Source of the DNA: Candidatus Heimdallarchaeota archaeon
Lineage (GTDB): Archaea > Asgardarchaeota > Heimdallarchaeia > JABLTI01
Length of the DNA: 64,000 nt
Reading direction: 5' to 3'
Assembly: GCA_019056785.1 (NCBI GenBank)
Contig: DXJV01000084.1
Span: 32,001-96,000, forward strand
Shown: piece by piece, positions 20,483 through 28,749 of the stretch
Layout: each line of letters starts with the position of its first letter
Numbering within the stretch: position 1 is the stretch's first letter
The notes under the pieces: generated by a model
Told to the model about the DNA's origin: nothing
The model's database searches: none
Seen by the model: the letters and a program-made list of their open reading frames with translations, nothing else
Translations under genes and position numbers: made by a program

Positions 20483-21346
20483 CTATTTAATGATGTCTAA
20501 GGAAAGATCAATGGACTTGAAGGAATGGGTCAATGCTCCAGAGGAAATAATGTCTGCGCCGAGATTTGCATATTCCCTGAGATTTTCTCGAGTAATACCA
20601 CCACTTAGTTCTATGAGAACATTTTTTCGGAGTCCCTCTTTTTCTAAGGCTTTTAATGCAGCTATCACTTCTTTTGGTTTCATATTATCTAGCATTATTA
20701 TGTCAGCCCCAGCTTTTGCAGCTTCTATTGCACTTGGTATATCCTCCACTTCGACCTCAATTTTCTTCGAAAAACTCAAATTTTCTTTGAGAACTTTAAT
20801 GGCTTCGCTAATAGATTTGAATAACACTCGATGATTATCTTTAATTAGAACCATATCATCTAAACGCAATCGATGGGTATCTCCGCCTCCACAAGCCACA
20901 GCATATTTTTCTAAAAGTCGTAGTCCGGGGGTTGTTTTCCTTGTGGCAGCAATAACGGTATGTGAATCCTCCGGGACCATTTGAACAAACGACCAAGTTT
21001 TGGTAGCAATTCCAGACATACGGGAAAGGAGGTTTAGAGCCACTCGTTCTCGCAGGAGTATTTTCTTCATTGGTCCATAAATAATGGCAATATCTTGATT
21101 CTTTTTTAATTGCTCACCATCTTTTGCTTTGAGAGTTACATTACACCCCCCGGGCTCAAAAATTTCTGGCAGAAGCACCGCACCCGAAAGAATGCATGCT
21201 TCTCGTGTGAAAATCCTAGCTTCAGCCTGTTTCTCTTCTGGGAACAGAATTTCTGACGTGATGTCACCGTAACCTTCATCTTCAATCATAAAATTAAACA
21301 ACATCTCTCGAACAAGCACTTGTGGCAAGGGCAAAATTTTCCTCAT
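20483..21346 (-). CDS. nadC: Nicotinate-nucleotide pyrophosphorylase (quinolinate phosphoribosyltransferase)
   Basis: TRKTTPGLR, HR..L.D..LIKDNH, IEVEV, MLDN and E.SGGI motifs. Confidence 0.96.
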   Translation of the reverse strand: MRKILPLPQVLVREMLFNFMIEDEGYGDITSEILFPEEKQAEARIFTREACILSGAVLLPEIFEPGGCNVTLKAKDGEQLKKNQDIAIIYGPMKKILLRERVALNLLSRMSGIATKTWSFVQMVPEDSHTVIAATRKTTPGLRLLEKYAVACGGGDTHRLRLDDMVLIKDNHRVLFKSISEAIKVLKENLSFSKKIEVEVEDIPSAIEAAKAGADIIMLDNMKPKEVIAALKALEKEGLRKNVLIELSGGITRENLREYANLGADIISSGALTHSFKSIDLSLDIIK

Positions 21347-22293
21347 GATAACTCCAACATCCTTAGAATGGCCTTTTTTGCATTAATCTGAACTGCCTCT
21401 GGTATAGTAACTTCATATTGCTCATATAATAATGCATCTCTCAAATTCTCTAGTGTTATTCGTTTCATGTTTCGACAAATAGCGGTGTTTTTTGCCAAAT
21501 AGAACTGTTTGTCAGAGTATAACTCACTTAGCCGATCAACCAACCCTTTTTCCGTTGCAACAATAATTTCTTTTTCTGTGGCTTCTTCTGCAAAGCGTAA
21601 CATTTTCGCTGTTGAACCAACAAAATCTGCATGTTCTTGAATATCCGGATTACATTCAGGATGCGCGATGAGAATTGCTCCCGGGTGTTCCTTTTTTATC
21701 GCGAGGATTGTTTCTAAATCAAAACGTTTGTGAACATAACAATGACCATTTGGAGGGACAAAATGCAATTTAACTTCAGGTAGCTGTTTTTGAACATAAA
21801 AACCTAAATTCCTATCTGGGCCAAAAATGACTTCAGGAACGTCCAATCGCTCAACAATTTTGGCAGCATTACTGCTTGTACATGTAAGGTCTGCATGTGC
21901 TTTTGTTTCAGCAGTAGTATTAACATAAACAACCACAGGAGCATCTGGATATTTTTCTCTGGCAGAATCTATTAGCTCTGGATTACACTGATCTGCAAGT
22001 GGACAACTGGCTTTTACATTTGGGATCAATACTTTTGTTTCTGGATTTAAAAGTTTAGCAGTTTCAGCCATAAAATAAACGCCAGCAAAGACAATAAGAT
22101 CAGCCTTTTTAATCTCCTTTGCTGCTTTTGCCAACCCAAGTGAATCACCGACTCTATCAGCTATGCCTTGAATTGGCATTATTTGATAATAATGTGCTAG
22201 AAGAACAGCATTCTTTTCTTCTTTTAAAGCCAGAATTTCATCAGATAATGCTTTAATTTCTTCAAGCGTTAGTTTTGGTTTTTTAACAGTCAT
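21343..22293 (-). CDS. nadA: Quinolinate synthase
   Basis: LAHYYQ, GDS, GV.FMAE, YVNT, CTSSNA, C.VH, HPEC and C..MK motifs. Confidence 0.96.
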   Translation of the reverse strand: MTVKKPKLTLEEIKALSDEILALKEEKNAVLLAHYYQIMPIQGIADRVGDSLGLAKAAKEIKKADLIVFAGVYFMAETAKLLNPETKVLIPNVKASCPLADQCNPELIDSAREKYPDAPVVVYVNTTAETKAHADLTCTSSNAAKIVERLDVPEVIFGPDRNLGFYVQKQLPEVKLHFVPPNGHCYVHKRFDLETILAIKKEHPGAILIAHPECNPDIQEHADFVGSTAKMLRFAEEATEKEIIVATEKGLVDRLSELYSDKQFYLAKNTAICRNMKRITLENLRDALLYEQYEVTIPEAVQINAKKAILRMLELS

Positions 22294-22401
22294 AAGACAG
22301 GCGACTTTCCTTCAGCAAGTTTAGTAACCAAAAAGGAGGAATTGAAAATAAAGTCTTTGCTATAACATTTTAATTTTTTTTAAAAAAAAAGAAAAAAGGT
22401 A

Positions 22402-23226
22402 TTAAACCTTCGACATTCTTGCGATGATTTCATCAACTGCAGCAATTAAACCATCAATATTTCGCGACTCGAGTTCTTTTATTTTTGCACGATATTCTTT
22501 CTCAGTGAATTCACCAACAGAATATCTTGCAAAGTATTCTTCTTTTTGTGAGGAGATCTCTTCTTTTTGATCAATCAAGTTACGGCGATATTGTTTTAGC
22601 CGAGCTTCTTCATCATCAACTTTTGCTTTTGTCGCTCGTTCTTTTTCTTTGTATTCTTTCTTTAAGCGGTCATAAGTGGATTCTTGGATACGTCCTTCTT
22701 TGAAGATTTCCTCGAGCTTTTCTTGGCGTTCGCGCATTTCCACTACTTCCTGCACTAGATTTAAGAGCTCAAGAGACGACATTACTTTTCGTTTCTCATT
22801 AATATCTTTCTCGAGATCTGCGATGGAGTTATTTATTCTTTTAAGCTCACTATTATATTCTTTTTCCGAAATGGCTTCCTCAACCCGGAATCTTATTTCC
22901 AGGTTGTCTTTTTCTTTCTTTAATTCCTCAATTTTCTTTTGGAGAGGGATAATTTCAGCCAATTTCAACAACGAATCTTCTTCTTCTTTTGTTAGTTCTA
23001 CTTTCACGGGCGCTAGTTCTGGAGCATATTCTTCTACTGCTTCATAATCACGAACCCTTTCAGCATCATGTTTTGTACTAGTCTGGCTGTCTTTTATTAA
23101 CTTGAACCCGCAAGACCGACAAAATTTTGCACCTGGCAATGCACGTGCACCACATCTTGGACAATATTTTACCATTTTTGTTACCATCCTTTCAATTTTC
23201 AGTATATCAATAAGAATAACAAACAC
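22402..23226 (-). CDS. Zinc-ribbon plus CdvA-like coiled-coil protein
   Basis: CPRC...CRSC and three L....G.I.E..Y helical-hairpin repeats. True start is probably MVKYC. Confidence 0.65.
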   Translation of the reverse strand: MFVILIDILKIERMVTKMVKYCPRCGARALPGAKFCRSCGFKLIKDSQTSTKHDAERVRDYEAVEEYAPELAPVKVELTKEEEDSLLKLAEIIPLQKKIEELKKEKDNLEIRFRVEEAISEKEYNSELKRINNSIADLEKDINEKRKVMSSLELLNLVQEVVEMRERQEKLEEIFKEGRIQESTYDRLKKEYKEKERATKAKVDDEEARLKQYRRNLIDQKEEISSQKEEYFARYSVGEFTEKEYRAKIKELESRNIDGLIAAVDEIIARMSKV

Positions 23227-23466
23227 TTATTTATTATTATTTTAACGTTCTTTTTTAGAAAGAACAAATAAAAAGTGAATACATAAAGCAAAAAATTTAG
23301 GAAACCAAAAGTTAAAAAATAAAACAATTAATTAATAAATAAGCTTTAAAGCTAAACGAAAGGCTAATACTACCACAACATAATGCTAATAAATCAAATG
23401 TTAAAACTAAAGCTTACAAAAAGGATAGAGTTGAACAATCCAAACGGTTAAATAGAGAAATGTGGA

Positions 23467-25266
23467 ATGGCTGAAAAGAAGGTAACTGAAAAGTCATCTG
23501 CTTCCTTGAATGGAGAGTCGGATTTAGAAGGCAAGATGATAATAGATTCGACAGGCGCTACGGTGGGGAAGTGTAAGGCTGTTGAAATTGACGAAAAGGG
23601 GCAAATCGGGCTGGTTTTTGAAGTTGAGATTAATGGCAAAACAGTTGTCCCGGTAAAAACAATTCCCTATAGTGCTATTGGAAAAATCACAGACGTTATC
23701 GAATTACGAACACCCCTAAATATCAAAATTGCTCATTCCGCTGCGGAATTGAAAGGTGAAACAACAATTAAGGCAGACAAGAAAGAACAGTCTAAACCGA
23801 AGGAAGAGATAGTCATTAAAAGTGCCACAGAAGAAGTAGAGAAAGAAAAGATAAAAGAACTGGAAATTAAAGACTCGAGTGAAGATCACCCATTAGAAGT
23901 ATCGGTCAATGAAACAGAAACAAAAGTAGAAACGCCACAAGCTGACCCAACAGAACAATTGTCAAAAGCATTAGAAGGGCTCCATGAGACAGAGGAAGAA
24001 ACCGAGGAAACAAAGGAACTAGAAGTAACCACACAACCAAAGGAGGAAGAGAAAGGCGAAAAATTCACCTTACCATTGGTAAACCAGCTGATGGAAGGAT
24101 TAGAAGAATCAATTAAAAAATTGGACAAACTTTTCAACTTGCTATCAAATGGCACACCAGAAGAGAAAATCGAGACGATAAAAGCACTAACAAGTTTAGC
24201 AGAACTATCTCCAGAATTGGGGCTAAGCTTATTACCAAAAATGATGCAGCTTAGTGATGAACAGCACCAAGAAGTTCGGTTAGCAGTCGCACAAGAATTG
24301 CAAGTGTTGGCTGAAAAACAGCCACAATTATTTAGTGGTTATTTTCTCGAGATATTTGAAAACATCTATGATGAACCCATCGAAGCTATTCGAGAACATC
24401 TAATCAAGATTTTATATAATATTGCAATGAAAAAGCCAGAAATTGCATCTGAAGGACTAGAGCAATTTTTTGAAGAAGTAATGGTCGGAAAAAGAGTCCC
24501 AGAAGTCCCAGCAAAAGTCATTCATGACGCCACCTTAAAAGTGGTCTCCGGAAACTTCCAACTGGCACGAATCGCCATTAAGGTCAGGTTAAAATTCATT
24601 GCTAAAGGAGGGAAACTTGCAAGCCGGTGTGCAGAAGAACTCGAAGATTATAACGCCACGCTTATTGGACTTGCAATTATTGAATCGTTCACTTTTGAAG
24701 AAGCTGAAAAACTCGTAAATAGTTCTATATTTAAAAAACTCGGACCGATTTTCGTTGAAGTAATTCAGAAGATGATCAGTGCCTACAAAGAAGGGTCATT
24801 AAAACAGTTAATTGAAGTTGTGGATACAAAAATTGAAATCCCAACAACAGTTATAGAACGCTTCTATGAGATAAAGATCAATAAAGCACTGGAAGGGATT
24901 AAGAATATCCCAATCGACATTTTATTAAATAATAAAATTATTACATCTGAAGAAGCTGAACAAATAATTTACCGCTTAATAGTGCAGAAGAAAATCAATG
25001 CAGCCATTACCATGAACAATGGAAAAACATTCATCACTTCTTTAGATGAGGTAATAAATGGAACTAAGAAAGAACAGCAAAAAAGTACGGCGACAAAAGA
25101 GAAGGCAAAAAGCACCAAGAAAACAACGACACGAAAAAGTACAACTAAAAAAACGTCACCTTCAACCAGTAAAACAAAGACCCAAAAAAGCACAACTGAG
25201 AAAAAAACAACAGAAACAAAAAAACAAAAAGAACAAGAAAGTAAAAGAACAAAAACATCTGAATAG
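23467..25266 (+). CDS. PRC-barrel / acidic linker / HEAT-repeat / PCI-like winged helix / K,T-rich tail protein
   Basis: LEGKMIIDSTGATVGK...IPYSAI (PRC barrel), D....VR.AVA (HEAT), EEAEQIIYRLIVQKKINAAI (PCI-like) and a basic low-complexity tail. Confidence 0.6.
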   Translation: MAEKKVTEKSSASLNGESDLEGKMIIDSTGATVGKCKAVEIDEKGQIGLVFEVEINGKTVVPVKTIPYSAIGKITDVIELRTPLNIKIAHSAAELKGETTIKADKKEQSKPKEEIVIKSATEEVEKEKIKELEIKDSSEDHPLEVSVNETETKVETPQADPTEQLSKALEGLHETEEETEETKELEVTTQPKEEEKGEKFTLPLVNQLMEGLEESIKKLDKLFNLLSNGTPEEKIETIKALTSLAELSPELGLSLLPKMMQLSDEQHQEVRLAVAQELQVLAEKQPQLFSGYFLEIFENIYDEPIEAIREHLIKILYNIAMKKPEIASEGLEQFFEEVMVGKRVPEVPAKVIHDATLKVVSGNFQLARIAIKVRLKFIAKGGKLASRCAEELEDYNATLIGLAIIESFTFEEAEKLVNSSIFKKLGPIFVEVIQKMISAYKEGSLKQLIEVVDTKIEIPTTVIERFYEIKINKALEGIKNIPIDILLNNKIITSEEAEQIIYRLIVQKKINAAITMNNGKTFITSLDEVINGTKKEQQKSTATKEKAKSTKKTTTRKSTTKKTSPSTSKTKTQKSTTEKKTTETKKQKEQESKRTKTSE

Positions 25267-25382
25267 TGCACGACCCTCTAACAAAAAACACAAGCATACT
25301 TTTAAAAATCATTTCTAGCGAAAAACACTTAAATACAAAAGAAATGTCTTGAAACCCATTCTAAAAATTGGAGAAAACAGAA

Positions 25383-25544
25383 ATGCCCATTGCTGACCCT
25401 GAGAAACGAGAAATTGCTCGAAGAAAACTACTTGATGTCCAAATTTGTAGAAAATGTTATGCACGAAATGCCTTACGAGCAAAGAAATGTAGAAAATGTG
25501 GTTCCACGAGATTACGCTTAAAGAATCGTGAAAGTAAAGGATGA
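25383..25544 (+). CDS. rpl40e: 50S ribosomal protein L40e (absent from the ORF track)
   Basis: Hand translation MPIADPEKREIARRKLLDVQICRKCYARNALRAKKCRKCGSTRLRLKNRESKG*, with the ICRKCYARN...CRKC signature and GGAG upstream. Confidence 0.96.
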   Translation: MPIADPEKREIARRKLLDVQICRKCYARNALRAKKCRKCGSTRLRLKNRESKG

Positions 25545-25660
25545 ATTTATTACATAGCATCCAAATTGCTTTTCAATCCTTTTCTCGCTTTTTATTCTTC
25601 TTTTCACGAGAAATTATTTCATAAACAACCTTTAATCAATGAGAGATACTAAAAAGACTT

Positions 25661-25767
25661 TGGTGGGCGGAGCCGGATTCGAACCGGCGATTTGCGGTTG
25701 CTGAATACTTTTCAAGCAAGATCCGCGACGTGAACGCAGCATCATAACCAGGCTAGATCATCCGCCC
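25661..25767 (-). tRNA. tRNA-Val(CAC) with a 29-nt non-canonical intron (25692-25720, position 45/46); CCA encoded
   Basis: Acceptor GGGCGGA/TCCGCCC-A-CCA, Val-type D arm, anticodon arm CTGCG-TTCACGT-CGCGG and T arm GCCGG-TTCGAAT-CCGGC. The insert forms a bulge-helix-bulge. Confidence 0.88.
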
Positions 25768-25876
25768 AGCAACAAGAAAATGTTTTTGTGCAACTTTTAA
25801 GAATATTTTCATTAATGTACTAAATGACTGAAAAATGCAACTGGTTTGTTTTCTAGTGACCGCCTTTTAACCAAGG

Positions 25877-27559
25877 TTATGATAATTCGTCAGATTTATC
25901 TTCCTTCTTTACAACAAAATCCGGTTGACTTACTTTTGAGCTCTCAACTGTGCCATCATCAAGGATAGTCCACCCAGCGGATGTTTTGAGACTTTTGACA
26001 GATTCGAGGAATTGTCCTACAAGTTTGGCATATTTTTCTTGTTCTGCTGTTTGATGATAGATAATTGTAATGTCTTCTTTTAGGTTGGTTCTAGTACTTC
26101 GAATGCGTCCCATTGCTTGCTCTCGTGCTTCAATTGAAAGCGTAGTGCCAAAATGAATACAGCGGTCAGCCTCAGGTAAATCTGTCCCTTTTCTAATAAG
26201 GCGCTCGCTGGCTAACAAAACTTTCACTTCCCCACTCTTAAAGCGTTTTAATTGCATGTTCTGAGATTCACCACTCATTCTCCCATGAACGAAAATATTT
26301 GGAATGCCTTCTCGTTCTAACAGGCGGGAAAGATGTTTGGTCATCTCAACAAACCGTAAAAAGACAATTACTGAGCTGTTCTCCTCATTCACAAGCCTTT
26401 TCACTATTTGAATCAACCGCAAATCTTTTGGTGAGATTTTGCTTTCTTTGCCTTCTCGTGAAGCCATTTCGACAAGTTCTCGGATTTCTTGCCATTCAGG
26501 AGAATTTAATAGTAGAGAATTTTTAACCTCACGAACGAAATTAGCAAACTTAGCAAAAGTATGCTCAAAAAGGAATTGCCGAGCAACGATAAGGTCAAGA
26601 TATGCGCCAGCATTTATTATAAGGTTTTTGAAAAATGCTTCACTCCCCCTTTCGAAATTCGTGTCTTGATAGGAGCGATTCATCACTTCGTTGGCAAAAA
26701 GGAGAGTTCTATTTGGAGCCAGCTGTTGTCCACCTGAAATTCTTCGATAGCCATTCATCAATACCTTTTCAGTTTGGGAGCGTAGACCCATTAATAACTC
26801 ATCCATTTCTTTCCGCATGTCATCAAAGACATAATAGCGTTTCAATTTAATAGCCGGTGCATGATCTTGAAAATCTTCGCCCTTAGGATAAATAAATTCC
26901 ACATTGTCCGACCCCCCGAACATTCGCTCTATGAAAGATAATTTTCCTTTTTGAAGGATAGAGGCAGTTAATCCTAAAAATTTAATCTCATTCTTAGCAA
27001 GTAAACGATCGATCAAAGGAGCAAAACGCTTATCCATGCGAAAGCCACCACCTTTTACTGTTTGAGCTGTGACATCCAAAATCTCATCTATAACAACAAA
27101 TACAACTTTATTTAGATCCTCAGGCTGAACACGACGTTGTGACGGTGTACGAGCAAAAAGAGAATTCATTAAAAGAGCAGGGGTGGCAAAAATAAAGCGA
27201 GAAAGTGCAAAATGCTTTTGGATGATCGAAGGTGGCAAACTTGTCCCTTCTGGGAGGAGAAAAGAACTACCATAGGGGGAGAAGTCAGATTGACAGACAT
27301 CATGAAGTTGATGCTTTAATTTCCGGTCCGGCGAAAGGAAGAGAACTTTTCCTTCTTCAGAGAGCAACCCCTTCTTGAAAAGTTCTACCACAACCATTAA
27401 AGCGACATTTGTTTTCCCCATCCCTGTAGGGAGCAAAAGAACAGATGCGCGTTTATTTTTTTCAAACAAACTTTGCAGGATCTTCTCTGCAGCATTAATC
27501 TGGTATTTTCTGGGGGAAAAAGACAGTTCCTCGATGCATTCCAAAGTCAAGCTAAACAC
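25877..27559 (-). CDS. SF2 DEAD/DEAH-box helicase, Hef/FANCM-like helicase domain (divergent)
   Basis: PR.YQ, LPTGMGKT, VIDEI, GLTAS, HGRMS...Q, G.DLP and Q.MGR motifs. No nuclease domain. Confidence 0.75.
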   Translation of the reverse strand: MFSLTLECIEELSFSPRKYQINAAEKILQSLFEKNKRASVLLLPTGMGKTNVALMVVVELFKKGLLSEEGKVLFLSPDRKLKHQLHDVCQSDFSPYGSSFLLPEGTSLPPSIIQKHFALSRFIFATPALLMNSLFARTPSQRRVQPEDLNKVVFVVIDEILDVTAQTVKGGGFRMDKRFAPLIDRLLAKNEIKFLGLTASILQKGKLSFIERMFGGSDNVEFIYPKGEDFQDHAPAIKLKRYYVFDDMRKEMDELLMGLRSQTEKVLMNGYRRISGGQQLAPNRTLLFANEVMNRSYQDTNFERGSEAFFKNLIINAGAYLDLIVARQFLFEHTFAKFANFVREVKNSLLLNSPEWQEIRELVEMASREGKESKISPKDLRLIQIVKRLVNEENSSVIVFLRFVEMTKHLSRLLEREGIPNIFVHGRMSGESQNMQLKRFKSGEVKVLLASERLIRKGTDLPEADRCIHFGTTLSIEAREQAMGRIRSTRTNLKEDITIIYHQTAEQEKYAKLVGQFLESVKSLKTSAGWTILDDGTVESSKVSQPDFVVKKEDKSDELS

Positions 27560-27734
27560 ACTCTTTTGCTTTTGTATTTTTTTAAATCATAATAGAAGTA
27601 TAAAAGACTTGAGGTGATAATAATTTAGAAGCAAAAAGGCTTTCAAAAATGAAAAATTATTGACAAGTCTGAAAAATGAACCGCTAGAACTGTTTTTTTA
27701 CTATAGTAATTAGAACAGAACAAGAAAACAAAGG

Positions 27735-27821
27735 TGGTGCCGGGGACGGGATTTGAACCCGCGAGTGCATACACACAACGGATTAGCAATCCGTCTCCCT
27801 GCCAGGCTAGGACACCCCGGC
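27735..27821 (-). tRNA. tRNA-Ser(GCT), long variable arm, CCA encoded
   Basis: GCCGGGG/CCCCGGC acceptor, ACGGA-TTGCTAA-TCCGT anticodon arm, GTGT-GTAT-GCAC variable arm and GGTTCAAATCC T loop. Confidence 0.93.
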
Positions 27822-27960
27822 AAATAGCAAGTAAATTACAACTTGAGCTTTAATAACACTTTAAAAAAATTTGTGGTTGAGTTGTGATTAGTGAAATTAG
27901 CACAAAGAACTCTTCGCTAAAAGAAAACATCTATTTACTAATTGGCTTTAGATAGTAAAT

Positions 27961-28662
27961 ATGAATGACTGGACTAAGCGCATTCCTGAAAAATATAAAG
28001 ACCATTTACTGAAGGTACGAGAACAGCAGCTACAAATAGCCAAGAAACTTGAATTGCAAAAAGGGATTTCTTTAGAAGAAGTACAGCTTGTAGCAGGATT
28101 TGATACAGCATTCGATGATGAAAATAACATTGCTTGTAGCGCTGCTGTAACAGTAGATATTGAAACATTAGAAACTGTTGAAAAACAATTCACTTATTTT
28201 AAACCAAAAATACCATATGTCCCAACGTTTCTTTATGAGCGAGAAGGGCCAGGCTATAAGAAACTCTTTCAACAAATCAAGGAAGAGCCAGATGTTTTGC
28301 TTTTTGATGGGAATGGTATTTTACATCCTTTTGGTTGTGGGTTAGCAAGCCAAATAGGTTATGAGTTAAAAAAGCCAACTATTGGCGTAGCAAAAAAATT
28401 ACTGCTAGGTACTTTTGAAGGCCCTTTGAAAGAAGGAGGTTATTCGGAAATTATACATCACGAGCAAGTTCTTGGCGTAGCCTTTCAATCGCTTCCATCA
28501 CCAGCCAAACCAATTTTTATTTCCCAAGGAAACTACATTAACCTTAAAACGGCTGTAAATGTTGTTCGTTTTTTTACGCAAACACAACAATTTCAGAAGA
28601 AACTTCCTTTACCTTTATTTTTAGCACATTTATTTGCAAAAGAGAAATTAGGCAAAGAATAG
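27961..28662 (+). CDS. nfi: Endonuclease V
   Basis: VAGFD, PYVPTFL..RE, DGNGILHP..GLAS and PTIGVAK motifs. Confidence 0.93.
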   Translation: MNDWTKRIPEKYKDHLLKVREQQLQIAKKLELQKGISLEEVQLVAGFDTAFDDENNIACSAAVTVDIETLETVEKQFTYFKPKIPYVPTFLYEREGPGYKKLFQQIKEEPDVLLFDGNGILHPFGCGLASQIGYELKKPTIGVAKKLLLGTFEGPLKEGGYSEIIHHEQVLGVAFQSLPSPAKPIFISQGNYINLKTAVNVVRFFTQTQQFQKKLPLPLFLAHLFAKEKLGKE

Positions 28663-28749
28663 AAAAGCGTTGTTTGCTCGAAGCAAGCTTTTGTCAAGAA
28701 AATCTTTCTCCTAGAAAATAGTGGAAATTTCTCAAACCAAAATTTAATA

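Noticed and set aside
25070-25260. A-rich quasi-repeats
   Set aside because: They are explained by Lys/Thr codons in the low-complexity protein tail.
25692-25731. Canonical 37/38 intron reading of tRNA-Val
   Set aside because: It would give a C-A mismatch in the anticodon stem and a 3-nt variable loop. The 45/46 reading gives a regular cloverleaf and correct bulge geometry.
25661-27821. tRNA-flanked helicase as an integrated element or defence island
   Set aside because: The two tRNAs are different and complete. No att duplication, integrase or obvious compositional shift was seen.
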